From Candidatus Eiseniibacteriota bacterium (GTDB lineage Bacteria > Eisenbacteria > RBG-16-71-46 > CAVPCR01), in the NCBI GenBank assembly GCA_963823555.1, contig CAWGMA010000001.1, positions 384,001-448,000 on the forward strand: a DNA stretch of 64,000 bases, written 5' to 3'. Both the position numbers and the translations under genes were made by a program. The notes below the pieces were generated by a model. That model did not search any database. It had not been told where the DNA came from and saw only the letters and a program-made list of their open reading frames with translations. Within the stretch, counting starts at the first letter, position 1, and each line of letters begins with the position of its first letter. Of this stretch, positions 10,047 to 19,454 are shown one piece after another.

Positions 10047-11090
10047 ATGAACGTGCCCGGACGCCAGGGACCTGGCCATCTGGACTACGCCGGCCATCTG
10101 CTCGTGACCGGCGGCGCCGGTTTCATCGGGTCGAACTTCGTCCGCCATGTCCTGACGCAGGCGCCGGACGTCACGGTGACCGTACTCGACAAGCTCACCT
10201 ACGCCGGCAATCTGGACAACCTCGCCGGCCTACCTCAAGACCGACTCACGTTCGTCAAGGGCGACATCGCCGACCCGCAGGTCGTAGCGCCGTTGATGTC
10301 CGGCACTCGGGCCGTCGTGAACTTCGCCGCCGAAACCCATGTCGATCGATCGATCCAGAATCCGGGAAGCTTCGTCCTCACCGATGTCTTCGGCAGCTAC
10401 GTCTTGCTCGAGGCGGCGCGCCAGGCGGGGATCGAGCGTTTCATCCAGATCTCGACCGACGAGGTGTATGGCGAGATCCTCGGCGAGCCGGCCACCGAGG
10501 AGGCGCCGCTCATGCCGCGAAACCCCTACGCCGCCAGCAAGGCCGGGGCGGATCGCCTGGCGTATTCCTTCTTCACGACCTATGGCATGCCCGTCGTCAT
10601 CACGCGCTGCTCGAACAACTACGGTCCCTTTCAGCATGTCGAGAAGCTGTGGCCCCTGTTCATCACCAACGCTCTCGAGAACAAGCCGCTGCCCGTCTAC
10701 GGCAGCGGGCAGAACCTCCGCGACTGGATCTATGTCGAGGACCACTGCGAGGCGCTGGCCAGACTGCTCACGGCCCAGGGGGTCGAGGGTGAGGTGTGGA
10801 ACATCGGAGGCGGCGTGGAGCACTCGAGCCTGGAGATCGGCCATCTGATCCTCCGCACCCTCGACCTGCCGGAGACCCTGATCCGGCACGTCACGGACCG
10901 CCCGGGTCATGATCGCCGCTATGCCCTCGATTGCAGTAAGATCCGCGAGCGACTGGGTTTCGTGCCGCGGACGGTTTTCGCGGAAGGTGCCGCGCGTACC
11001 ATCCGCTGGTATGCCGAGAACAAGGACTGGTGGGAGAAGGTGAAGAGTGGCGAGTTCCGCGAATACTACGCGAAGAACTACCGGATTTGA
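10047..11090 (+). CDS. rfbB: dTDP-glucose 4,6-dehydratase
   Basis: GGAGFIGSNF, DKLTYAGN, FAAETHVDRSI, STDEVYG, PYAASK, DRPGHDRRY. Confidence 0.95.
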   Translation: MNVPGRQGPGHLDYAGHLLVTGGAGFIGSNFVRHVLTQAPDVTVTVLDKLTYAGNLDNLAGLPQDRLTFVKGDIADPQVVAPLMSGTRAVVNFAAETHVDRSIQNPGSFVLTDVFGSYVLLEAARQAGIERFIQISTDEVYGEILGEPATEEAPLMPRNPYAASKAGADRLAYSFFTTYGMPVVITRCSNNYGPFQHVEKLWPLFITNALENKPLPVYGSGQNLRDWIYVEDHCEALARLLTAQGVEGEVWNIGGGVEHSSLEIGHLILRTLDLPETLIRHVTDRPGHDRRYALDCSKIRERLGFVPRTVFAEGAARTIRWYAENKDWWEKVKSGEFREYYAKNYRI

Positions 11091-11109
11091 GCCTGGAGCG
11101 CAGGGTGTG

Positions 11110-12783
11110 ATGTCGAGCCCGGCGCCCGGCCTTCTCGGCGCGATCGCCATGCTCGGACTCGCCCTCACCCTGGGCATGGTCTCGTCGGCGACGGCGCAGA
11201 TCGGATCATTCTCCGACGTCAGCCCGCGCGCCAGCCGCCCGGCCCCGCCCCGGACCACCGTGCTCGCCGCTGACGCCCCGTTGCTCGCGGGGCCGATCGA
11301 TGCCGACGAGTACCGGGTTGGCCCTGGCGATGTGCTCAATCTGATCGTCCCCGGTGTCATCCAGGGGGAGGCCACGCTCGTGGTGGATGCCGAGGGCGGG
11401 GTCATCTTGCCCGGCTCTTCGGGGCGCGTGCAGTTGGCGGGAAGAACCTTGAACGAGGCCCGTAACGCGGTGGCGGATGCGCTTTCCCTCCTGGCGCGCG
11501 ATCGCTCCTTTGCCCTGAGCCTCGAGCGTCCGCGGCGCTTCAAGGTCTACGTGACCGGCAATGTCGCCACGCCGGGCGCGGTCGAGACCAGCGCGGTCGC
11601 CCGCGTCTCCGAGGCCATCGCCCTTGCCGGGGGCGTCGTGCCCCCGGGTTCGAGACGGCAAATCCGACTCCGGCGAGCGAGCGGCGAGGAAAGCATGGTC
11701 GATCTCGATCGCTTCGCCCTGATCGGCGATCTCGAGCGGAACCCTCTGGTCGATGGCGGTGACGTCATCGAGGTCCCCGTGCGTCAGGCGAACTACGGAT
11801 TCTTCGGTGGCGTGGGGCGGCCGGGGACCTACGAGCTGGTTCCCGGCGAGACGATGGAGAGCGCGCTGGCGCTCGCCGGAGGTCCGCTGCCGGGAGCCAG
11901 GCTGGAGGCCGTCGAGTTGACACGGTTCGAGCCATCGGCCGAGACCCCGATGCGAACCACGCTGAACCTGAACGTGGCTGGCGATCGGTCCCGAGTGCTT
12001 GCCGGCGGTGACGCCGTGGTCGTGCCCAGACCCGGCGAATTCCAGATGATCCATACCGTTGACGTGAGCGGAGAGGTGGTGTTCCCCGGGCGCTATCCGA
12101 TCGAGCCCGGCATCGATACCGTGGCCGACGTGATGTTGCGCGCCGGAGGGTTCACGGAGAATGCCAACCGGGGTGGGGCAAGGCTCTTCCGCAGGGTGCT
12201 GCCCGAAGCCGATGCCGAGCAACAGCAGGCGCCCGGATCCGTCTCGACCCTCGAAGCGAGCCGCCCGCCGAAGACGAAGACCCAGAACGAGATGGGTGTC
12301 GACCTGTCGCCCAGGTTCGCCGAGCTGCCGCCCACGGCTCGCGAGGAAGAGCTGTCGAGTCTGGGTCCGACCGGCCGCGAGATCCCTGTAGCGTGGACGG
12401 AGCAGCCCTTCGCGGAGTCGGCGATGCTCGCGGGCGGTGACCGCATGGTGGTCCCCCGAACGCAGGGCACGGTGCGGGTCGATGGCCGCGTCCGCTCGCC
12501 GGGCCTGGTCCCCTTCTCCCCGGGGCGAGAGCTCGATGACTACGTCCTTCTGGCCGGCGGTTACGACAAGAACGCCGACCGGGATCGTGTGTATGTGCAG
12601 CGCGCGGGACGCGAGGGTTTCGAGCACGCCGAGGGCGCAGGCCCGATTGCCGATGGCGACGCGATCTGGGTCGCGGAGAAGACGCCGCGCGGAGCCTGGA
12701 CCTGGGCGCGCGAGATCATCACGGTGGCCGCAGCGGTTGCGACCGTGGTCTACATCATTGGCGACGTGAGCCGGGGACCCTGA
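11110..12783 (+). CDS. SLBB-domain polysaccharide export protein (Wza/KpsD-like)
   Basis: Signal peptide; YRVGPGD; repeated SLBB units (V.GxV..PG, ALAGG); C-terminal hydrophobic helix. Confidence 0.85.
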   Translation: MSSPAPGLLGAIAMLGLALTLGMVSSATAQIGSFSDVSPRASRPAPPRTTVLAADAPLLAGPIDADEYRVGPGDVLNLIVPGVIQGEATLVVDAEGGVILPGSSGRVQLAGRTLNEARNAVADALSLLARDRSFALSLERPRRFKVYVTGNVATPGAVETSAVARVSEAIALAGGVVPPGSRRQIRLRRASGEESMVDLDRFALIGDLERNPLVDGGDVIEVPVRQANYGFFGGVGRPGTYELVPGETMESALALAGGPLPGARLEAVELTRFEPSAETPMRTTLNLNVAGDRSRVLAGGDAVVVPRPGEFQMIHTVDVSGEVVFPGRYPIEPGIDTVADVMLRAGGFTENANRGGARLFRRVLPEADAEQQQAPGSVSTLEASRPPKTKTQNEMGVDLSPRFAELPPTAREEELSSLGPTGREIPVAWTEQPFAESAMLAGGDRMVVPRTQGTVRVDGRVRSPGLVPFSPGRELDDYVLLAGGYDKNADRDRVYVQRAGREGFEHAEGAGPIADGDAIWVAEKTPRGAWTWAREIITVAAAVATVVYIIGDVSRGP

Positions 12784-12948
12784 TCCGCCCTGGAATCCGC
12801 CGGGGTGGGCCCGGGCCGTTTCAGTCCCTCTGGTCACAGGTCGGTCTCAGGAGTGGTGCATGAGGATCACGTCCTCGGCGAGGCCCGGATCGGGCGGCAT
12901 CCCGGAGGATGCCGGACCCCGGCCGGGTCTCAGCCCCCCCGGACCGGC

Positions 12949-12976
12949 TCAACTCCTTGTCCGAGCATGCCGATAA
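12949..12976 (+). promoter_or_regulatory. Putative sigma28/FliA-like promoter (TCAA-N16-GCCGATAA)
   Basis: Exact GCCGATAA at 12969-12976; TCAA at 12949-12952. Confidence 0.4.
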
Positions 12977-13027
12977 CCGTGGCAAGCTCGCCGTCTGGCC
13001 AGGTTCCGGTGGAGGCTGGCGGTGGGG

Positions 13028-13044
13028 CAGGAATGGTCCTTGCA
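13028..13044 (+). promoter_or_regulatory. Putative sigma54 -24/-12 promoter (CAGGAATGGTCCTTGCA)
   Basis: GG-N10-GC spacing with TTGCA -12 box; imperfect -24 box. Confidence 0.4.
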
Positions 13045-13137
13045 GAACCCCAGGTGGGGCCCCTCCCCCGGCAAAGGATAGGTGTGAAAAGGACTTCCGG
13101 CCGGGGGGGAGTAATGCCCCAGGGGGGGAATGTCCCC

Positions 13138-13166
13138 TTGACACGGCTACAGGGCTTTCTTATCGT
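13138..13166 (+). promoter_or_regulatory. Putative sigma70 promoter TTGACA-17-TATCGT
   Basis: Perfect -35 at 13138-13143, 17-bp spacer, -10 at 13161-13166. Confidence 0.7.
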
Positions 13167-13276
13167 TCCCGCGTCTCTGCGGTCGGTTAGCGCAAATCCC
13201 TCTTTTTGCAACGGATTGCCGCAGAAGAAGGGGCGTAGCTGACGTCGCGGGAATGACTCGAGGAGGATCGAGGTTG

Positions 13277-14284
13277 ATGAGACACCTGGTGACGGGTGGG
13301 GCAGGATTCATCGGGTCCCATTTGGTCGAGGCCCTGCTCCGCCGCGGTGACGAGGTCGTCGTTCTGGACAACCTCTCGACGGGGAGCCTAGCGAACCTGA
13401 AACACCTGACCGGTCATCCCGGCCTGGTGTTCCTGGAAGAGAGCGTCCTCAATCGCCCGGTCGTCGAGCGACTGGTCGACCGCGCGGATCGCGTCTTCCA
13501 TCTTGCTGCGGCGGTCGGCGTGCGTTACGTCGTGGAGAACCCGCTCAAGTCGCTCCTTACCAATATCCACGGTGCTGAGTACGTCCTCGAGGCGGCGTCG
13601 CGGGATCGGAAGCCCGTCATCCTCTTCTCGACATCCGAGGTCTACGGCAAGTCGGATGACGTGCCTTTCCGCGAGGACTCCGACCGCGTGATGGGCCCCA
13701 CGGGTGTTTCCCGCTGGGGCTACGCTTCCTCCAAGGCGGTGGACGAGTTCCTGGCCTTTGCATACCACCGCGAACGCGATCTGCCGGTGGTGATCGTGCG
13801 TTGCTTCAACACCTGTGGTCCGCGCCAGACCGGGCGTTATGGCATGGTCATTCCCAGCATGATTCAGCGCGCCTGTGCCGGGCGGCCGATCGAGGTCTTC
13901 GGCGACGGGGAACAGACCCGCTGCTTCTCCTACGTCGGTGATGTCGTGCGCGGTGTCATGTTGCTCGCCGATTGCACCGACGCCCATGGCGAAGTATTCA
14001 ATATCGGTACCGATGAAGAGGTGTCGATCAACGAGCTCGCTCGTCGCGTGCGCGAGAAGTGTGGTTCCTCATCTCCCATCGTGCACATTCCCTACGAGGA
14101 GATCTACGGCCACAGCTTCGAGGACATGCGGCGACGCGTGCCCGATCTGTCCAAGATCCACGAGTTCGTTGGCTATCGTCCCGAGGTCGGTCTCGACGAG
14201 TTGCTCCAGCGCACGATCGAATACCTGCCGGACGAGCTTGCGGCGAATCGAGTCGCCGAATCCGTCGCCGTCCGTTCCGGGTAG
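13277..14284 (+). CDS. NAD-dependent nucleotide-sugar epimerase/dehydratase
   Basis: AGGAGG RBS; LVTGGAGFIGSHL, HLAAAVGV, STSEVYGK, WGYASSK, GDGEQTRCF. Confidence 0.9.
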   Translation: MRHLVTGGAGFIGSHLVEALLRRGDEVVVLDNLSTGSLANLKHLTGHPGLVFLEESVLNRPVVERLVDRADRVFHLAAAVGVRYVVENPLKSLLTNIHGAEYVLEAASRDRKPVILFSTSEVYGKSDDVPFREDSDRVMGPTGVSRWGYASSKAVDEFLAFAYHRERDLPVVIVRCFNTCGPRQTGRYGMVIPSMIQRACAGRPIEVFGDGEQTRCFSYVGDVVRGVMLLADCTDAHGEVFNIGTDEEVSINELARRVREKCGSSSPIVHIPYEEIYGHSFEDMRRRVPDLSKIHEFVGYRPEVGLDELLQRTIEYLPDELAANRVAESVAVRSG

Positions 14285-14301
14285 CTGGACACCGGGCGGC
14301 G

Positions 14302-15291
14302 ATGTCGAGTTGGATCTCGTTCGCCGTCGCCTTTGCCACCGCTCTCGTTCTCACCCCGCCGGGTCGCTGGCTCGCGCTCCGTTTGAATTTCGTCGATCGC
14401 CCCGCCGCGCGTAAGGTCCATGTGCATCCCATCCCGCTCGGTGGCGGGATCGTGATCATGGCGGGCATGCTCGCCGGGGCCATGGCCGGCGGGCTAGCGG
14501 GAATGCTGCCCCGCGAGTTGTGGGCGGTCCTGGGTGGGTTGGGCTGGATCGTCGCCCTGGGTATCGTTGACGATCGCTGGTCGCTGCCGCCGCTCATCAA
14601 GCTCCTGGGGCAGGTCGCTGCCGCGCTCATGCTCGTCATCGGCTCGGGACATCCGGCATCCACCGCCCTCGGTGGTTTCGGAGTGCCGATGGCCCTGGTC
14701 GGGAGCGTCGGGCTGATGAACGCCTGCAATTTCCTCGATAACATGGATGGCATCCTCGGCGGCATCGGACTCCTGTGCGGCGTGGGTTTCGCCTTGGCTG
14801 CCAGCGCAACGAGACCCGAGGTGGCCGCCCTCTGTGCCGCGACCGCGGGCGCCGCAGGCGGGTTCCTCGTCTACAATTTCCATCCGGCACGCATCTTCAT
14901 GGGTGACGCCGGATCGCATGCCATTGGCTTCCTGCTCGCCGCAGGCGCTCTCTTGCTCGTGCCGTATTCCCTGCCGGTGGTCGAGAGCGCAGGTCTTCTT
15001 CTCGTCATCGCCTACCCGCTGTTCGACCTTGTCTTCGTCACGGTCACGCGCGTGCAGAGTGGACGCCCGGTATGGAGTCCGGGGAAGGACCACACCACGC
15101 ATCGACTCAACCGCCTGCTCGAGAGCCCGCGGCTGACCGCGCTCGCCGTCTACGCCTTGACCGCCGTGGCGGTCGCGGCGGGCATCGCCCTGCTCCATCG
15201 CCCTGGCGTGCCGAGCGCGGCGGCTGCTGCCGCACCGATCTTGCTCTTCTTGATCCTGGGGCTTCGCCTGGCGCGCGTGGCGTCCGTCTGA
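14302..15291 (+). CDS. WecA/TagO/MraY-family undecaprenyl-phosphate sugar-1-phosphate transferase
   Basis: DRPAARKVH..PIPLGGG, IVDD, NFLDNMDG, YNFHPARIFMGDAGS, DHTTHRL; many TM helices. Confidence 0.9.
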   Translation: MSSWISFAVAFATALVLTPPGRWLALRLNFVDRPAARKVHVHPIPLGGGIVIMAGMLAGAMAGGLAGMLPRELWAVLGGLGWIVALGIVDDRWSLPPLIKLLGQVAAALMLVIGSGHPASTALGGFGVPMALVGSVGLMNACNFLDNMDGILGGIGLLCGVGFALAASATRPEVAALCAATAGAAGGFLVYNFHPARIFMGDAGSHAIGFLLAAGALLLVPYSLPVVESAGLLLVIAYPLFDLVFVTVTRVQSGRPVWSPGKDHTTHRLNRLLESPRLTALAVYALTAVAVAAGIALLHRPGVPSAAAAAAPILLFLILGLRLARVASV

Positions 15292-15430
15292 CGGGATGCC
15301 GCGCCGCGAGGCCTGTCCGGTGGCGCATCGTCTGCCCGCTGGGGTGGCTTGAGAAGAGGGCCGATCCCATGCTAGAGTGCCCGCTGATCTCCGACTCGTA
15401 TCCCGAGTCGCCTACCAGGCAACCGTTTCC

Positions 15431-16678
15431 ATGAGCGACGCACCTATTCCCCTGCCCGATCGCGAGCCCACTCCGCCCTCCCGTGGCCGGCCGTTGCATC
15501 CGCAAGCGATGCCGCCTGTCCCAGCGCACCCGTTGCCGCCACCTGGCGATGCGAACCTCATCGATTATCTCTACGGAGTGGCCCGTCGTGCCCGCTGGAT
15601 CCTCGCCAACATGCTGCTCGTTGGCGCCGTCGCGGCGGTGACCGCGCTCCTCCTTCCGCACTGGTACCTGTCCCGCGCCAGCTTTCTACCATCGGTCGAG
15701 GAACGCTCCGGGTTCTCGCTCACCGCGTTCCTGCGCGAGGTCGCCATTCCCGGTGGCGGCCTCTCTGATGCCGTGCAAGCCGGCGATCTCTCGGTGGCCA
15801 TTCTCAGGAGCCGCACGGCACGCACGACCTTGATCGAGGAGTTCGATCTCATCAAGCGCTACAAGGCGGAGGACATCGAAGATGCCCTCGAAGAGCTCGA
15901 TGACCATTCCAGCTATTTCGTGGGACAGGAAGGTCTGGTCACGATCGGCATCGAGGACCGCGATCCGGCCGTGGCCGCGAGGATGGTGAATCGCTCGCTG
16001 GAGATCCTCGATACGTTCAATGCCGAGCAACGTATGACCAAGGGCCAGCGGACGCGGGTCTTTGTCGAGCGCGAGCTGGCCCAGTGCGAGACCGATCTAC
16101 GCGCCGCGGAGGACGCGCTCGAGCAGTACCAGGAAGAAACCAAGCTCGTCTCGCTGTCGCCGCAGACGGAAGCCGGTGTGACCGCCTCGGCCACGCTTCT
16201 TACTCGCAAGCTGGAAGTCGAGATCGCATTGCGATTGAAGCAGAACATCCTCAGCGAGAACAACGAGGAAGTGCGTCTGTTGCGCGCCGAGCTGGCCGAG
16301 ATCAACCGCAAGCTCACCGAATTGCCAGCCATTGGCCTCGAGTATGCCCGTCTCGTGCGCGATCTGAAGGTGCGAGAACAGGTGTACGGCTTTCTCCGTG
16401 CCGAATACGAGCAGGCCAAGATCGAGGAGGAGCGCGATTCGCCCAGCCTGACCGTGCTGGACGAGGCACAGCAGCCGATCAAACGCGCGCGGCCCAGGCG
16501 CACGAGGATCGTGGTGACGGCGGCTCTCGTTGCCGGTGTGGTCTCGGTGCTGGGTGCGCTGGTTCTGACCTGGATCGACATGCTGCCCCCAGGCGACCGG
16601 CGTCGAGGCACGCTCCGGGCGGCCGGTGAGGAGCTGGCGCGGGTCTTTCGCTTCGGCCGGCGCCGGCGATCCGCCTAG
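15431..16678 (+). CDS. Wzz/GumC-like polysaccharide co-polymerase
   Basis: Two TM segments flanking a coiled-coil; YEQAKIEE, VLDEAQQP..RARPRR. Confidence 0.82.
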   Translation: MSDAPIPLPDREPTPPSRGRPLHPQAMPPVPAHPLPPPGDANLIDYLYGVARRARWILANMLLVGAVAAVTALLLPHWYLSRASFLPSVEERSGFSLTAFLREVAIPGGGLSDAVQAGDLSVAILRSRTARTTLIEEFDLIKRYKAEDIEDALEELDDHSSYFVGQEGLVTIGIEDRDPAVAARMVNRSLEILDTFNAEQRMTKGQRTRVFVERELAQCETDLRAAEDALEQYQEETKLVSLSPQTEAGVTASATLLTRKLEVEIALRLKQNILSENNEEVRLLRAELAEINRKLTELPAIGLEYARLVRDLKVREQVYGFLRAEYEQAKIEEERDSPSLTVLDEAQQPIKRARPRRTRIVVTAALVAGVVSVLGALVLTWIDMLPPGDRRRGTLRAAGEELARVFRFGRRRRSA

Positions 16679-16702
16679 CGCGGGGCAGAAGGCGGGACAT
16701 GC

Positions 16703-18004
16703 ATGCTTGATCTCAAGCTCGTGCGCAGCGAAACCGAGCGGGTGAGGGCGGCGATCGCGGCCAAGGGCTCCGATGTCGATCTCGACCGGATTCTCCACTG
16801 TGATGCCGAGCGCCGCGAGCTCCTGGCGGAAGTGGAAGCGCTCAAGCATCAGCGCAACGACGTGTCGCGGGAGATCGGCGAGCTCAAGCGGCGGGGCGAG
16901 GATCTCGGTGACCGCATGGAGCGCATGCGCCAGGTGGGCGAAGCCATTGCCACCCTCGACGAACGGTTGAAGGGCATCGACGCCACGGTCGATGAGCTCA
17001 TGGCCTGGGTGCCGAACCTGCCGCACGCCACGGTGCCGGCCGGGCGGACCGCCGAGGACAACGTGGTGATCCGGGTCGAGGGCGAGCCGCCGCGCCTCGA
17101 TTTCGCGCCCCGCAATCATGTCGAGCTCGGCGAGCTCCTGGGTATCCTCGATCCCGTGCGCGTGGCCAAGCTCTCGGGATCGGGGTTCAGCCTGCTCCGC
17201 GGCCAGGGCGCGCGCTTCGCCCGGGCACTCATCTCCTACATGCTGGACCTGCACACCGGCGCCCACGGCTACGAGGAGGCATGGACTCCCTATCTGGTGC
17301 GGCCATCCTGTCTCTTCGGCACCGGTCAGTTGCCCAAGCTCCGCGAAGACATGTACTACGTGAACGGGGATGACCTCTACCTGATCCCCACGGCCGAGGT
17401 CTCGATCACCAACCTCTATGCCGAGGAGACCTTGCGTGAGGAGGATCTCCCGCGCAAGTTCGTCGGGTACACTGCTTGTTTCCGGCGCGAAGCCGGCGCG
17501 GCGGGACGGGAGACGCGCGGTCTCCTGCGTCTCCACCAGTTCGACAAGGTCGAGCTGGTGAAGTTTGCCCATCCCGATCGTTCCTACGAGGAGCACGAGC
17601 TCCTCCTGGCCGATGCCGAGAGCGTGCTCAGGAGCTTCGGTCTTCACTACCGTGTCGTGGCCTTGTGCGCCGGTGATCTCAGCTTTGCCGCCGCCAAGTG
17701 CTACGATCTCGAGGTGTGGGCGCCGGGGGAGGGGAAGTGGCTCGAGGTGTCCTCGTGCTCGAATTTCGAGGATTTCCAGGCCCGCCGCATCGGCGTCCGC
17801 ATGCGCCCAGCCGGCGGTGGCAAGGCTCGCCTGGTGCACACCCTGAACGCTTCGGGGGTGGCCCTGCCGCGGCTTCTGGTCGCCTTGCTCGAGCACTATC
17901 AGACCGAGACCGGCGCCGTGCGGGTGCCCGAGATTCTGCAACCCTATCTCGGCGGTCAAGACCTGCTCCGGCCTGCTCCGGACGCGGTGGCCGACAAGCG
18001 GTAG
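16703..18004 (+). CDS. serS: Serine--tRNA ligase
   Basis: MLDLKLVR, TGQLPK, LIPTAEV, FRREAG, HQFDKVE, EVSSCSN, HTLNASG. Confidence 0.98.
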   Translation: MLDLKLVRSETERVRAAIAAKGSDVDLDRILHCDAERRELLAEVEALKHQRNDVSREIGELKRRGEDLGDRMERMRQVGEAIATLDERLKGIDATVDELMAWVPNLPHATVPAGRTAEDNVVIRVEGEPPRLDFAPRNHVELGELLGILDPVRVAKLSGSGFSLLRGQGARFARALISYMLDLHTGAHGYEEAWTPYLVRPSCLFGTGQLPKLREDMYYVNGDDLYLIPTAEVSITNLYAEETLREEDLPRKFVGYTACFRREAGAAGRETRGLLRLHQFDKVELVKFAHPDRSYEEHELLLADAESVLRSFGLHYRVVALCAGDLSFAAAKCYDLEVWAPGEGKWLEVSSCSNFEDFQARRIGVRMRPAGGGKARLVHTLNASGVALPRLLVALLEHYQTETGAVRVPEILQPYLGGQDLLRPAPDAVADKR

Positions 18005-18011
18005 CGGCGCC

Positions 18012-19307
18012 ATGGCCCAGCGTCACGTGAGCAAGCGCCTCGGCACCGAGAGCGCTACCCCGGGCTGGCTCCGGGGCTATGTCTTCCTCGGCTCCTCGGT
18101 GCTCATCGCCGGCCTCTTCCTGTACACGCACATGCTCACGGTTCGCCTCGAGCGGCAGGCGCAGACGATGAGTCGCATCCTCGCCGACTTCTGCGCGTCG
18201 ATCACATTCGAAGCCATCGAATCGGAGCGCATGCGCGAGGTCTTTCGCGACGTCATTCACCAGATCGACTTCCCGGTGGTCCTGACCGATCAGGTCGGTC
18301 GGCCCTACGCCTGGAAGGGAATTGGCATTCCGGTGGAGTCCGTCACGCTCGAGATGAGCGAGAAGCTCGATCCCGGCAATCCGCCGGCGTCGGGACCGCT
18401 GGCTGAGATCTTGACCATCACCCGCGAGATGGACCAGAAGAACCCCCCGGTGCCGATGGTGATCGCCGGTTCCGACCAGGTCGTCGGCTATGTGCACTTC
18501 GGGGAGTCGCAGCTCCTGCGCGAGGTGCGCTGGGTCCCCATTGTCGAGATTGCCGCCTTCTTCCTGTTCATCGCGCTCGGGTTTCTCGGTTTCCGTTCGG
18601 CCAAGGTCTCCGAGCAGAGGTTCATCTGGATCGGCATGGCGAAGGAGACGGCGCACCAGCTGGGTACCCCGATCTCATCGCTCCTGGGCTGGCTCGAGGT
18701 GGTCAAGGACCGTGCCCGGCCCGTGTCCGGCGAAGATGTCGTGACCGTGCCGCGATCGCTCTTCGAGCAGACCGTGACCGAGATGCAGGCCGATGTCGAC
18801 CGGCTCAACAAGATCGCCTTTCGCTTCTCGCATGTCGGTTCCGAGCCGAAGCGCAAGGTCCAGGACATCGTGCCCATCGTTGCCGGAACCGTGGCCTACA
18901 TGAAGAAGCGGTTGCCCCGACTCGGTCATGGACCGACGATCGAAGAGCACTACACGCCGGCGTCCGAACTCAACCTGAACGCCGAACTCATCGAGTGGGT
19001 GATCGAGAATCTGCTCAAGAACGCAGTCGATGCCACGGACAAGCCCGACGGTCGGATCGAGGTCGTCGTCGAACGTCGGCGCGACACGGAGACGGTGGAG
19101 GTCCGGATCGGCGATAATGGACGGGGGATGACCCCCGGTGAACAGAGGCGAGTGTTCCAGCCGGGGTTCACGACCAAGCAGCGCGGGTGGGGCCTGGGCC
19201 TGACGCTTGCTAAGCGCATCATCGAGGAATACCATGGCGGCCGGATCTGGGTGAAGGAAAGCCATCCCGGGCGTGGGACCACCATGGCGATCTCGTTCCC
19301 GGTCTGA
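18012..19307 (+). CDS. Membrane sensor histidine kinase
   Basis: Two TM helices; H-box GMAKETAHQLGTP; ENLLKNAVDA, DNGRG, FTTK..GWGLGL. Confidence 0.93.
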   Translation: MAQRHVSKRLGTESATPGWLRGYVFLGSSVLIAGLFLYTHMLTVRLERQAQTMSRILADFCASITFEAIESERMREVFRDVIHQIDFPVVLTDQVGRPYAWKGIGIPVESVTLEMSEKLDPGNPPASGPLAEILTITREMDQKNPPVPMVIAGSDQVVGYVHFGESQLLREVRWVPIVEIAAFFLFIALGFLGFRSAKVSEQRFIWIGMAKETAHQLGTPISSLLGWLEVVKDRARPVSGEDVVTVPRSLFEQTVTEMQADVDRLNKIAFRFSHVGSEPKRKVQDIVPIVAGTVAYMKKRLPRLGHGPTIEEHYTPASELNLNAELIEWVIENLLKNAVDATDKPDGRIEVVVERRRDTETVEVRIGDNGRGMTPGEQRRVFQPGFTTKQRGWGLGLTLAKRIIEEYHGGRIWVKESHPGRGTTMAISFPV

Positions 19308-19454
19308 GGCGGCGGCCCCGGGCGCCGGCCGGGTCGAGAGGGTCGCGGCTCCGCCGGCTGTCTCCGGCGCATCGCGGGCGCCAGGGGATCGATCCCAATA
19401 AAGAGCCTCGGCCGAGCCCCCCCCGGGCCCCTGACGGCAAGAAGACCAAACACC

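Noticed and set aside
12784..12948. tRNA (including tRNA-Sec) or small ORF in the intergenic gap
   Set aside because: No cloverleaf or T-loop pattern found by eye; the ORFs have no RBS or recognisable content
16703..18004. serS as evidence of a Sec-synthesis locus
   Set aside because: Universal housekeeping gene 16 kb from the selenoprotein; no selA, selB, selC or selD in the window
16097..18013. Long antisense ORFs (also 30565-32595, 46471-48306, 55148-57631 and others)
   Set aside because: Shadow ORFs caused by high-GC codon bias opposite well-supported genes; no recognisable motifs
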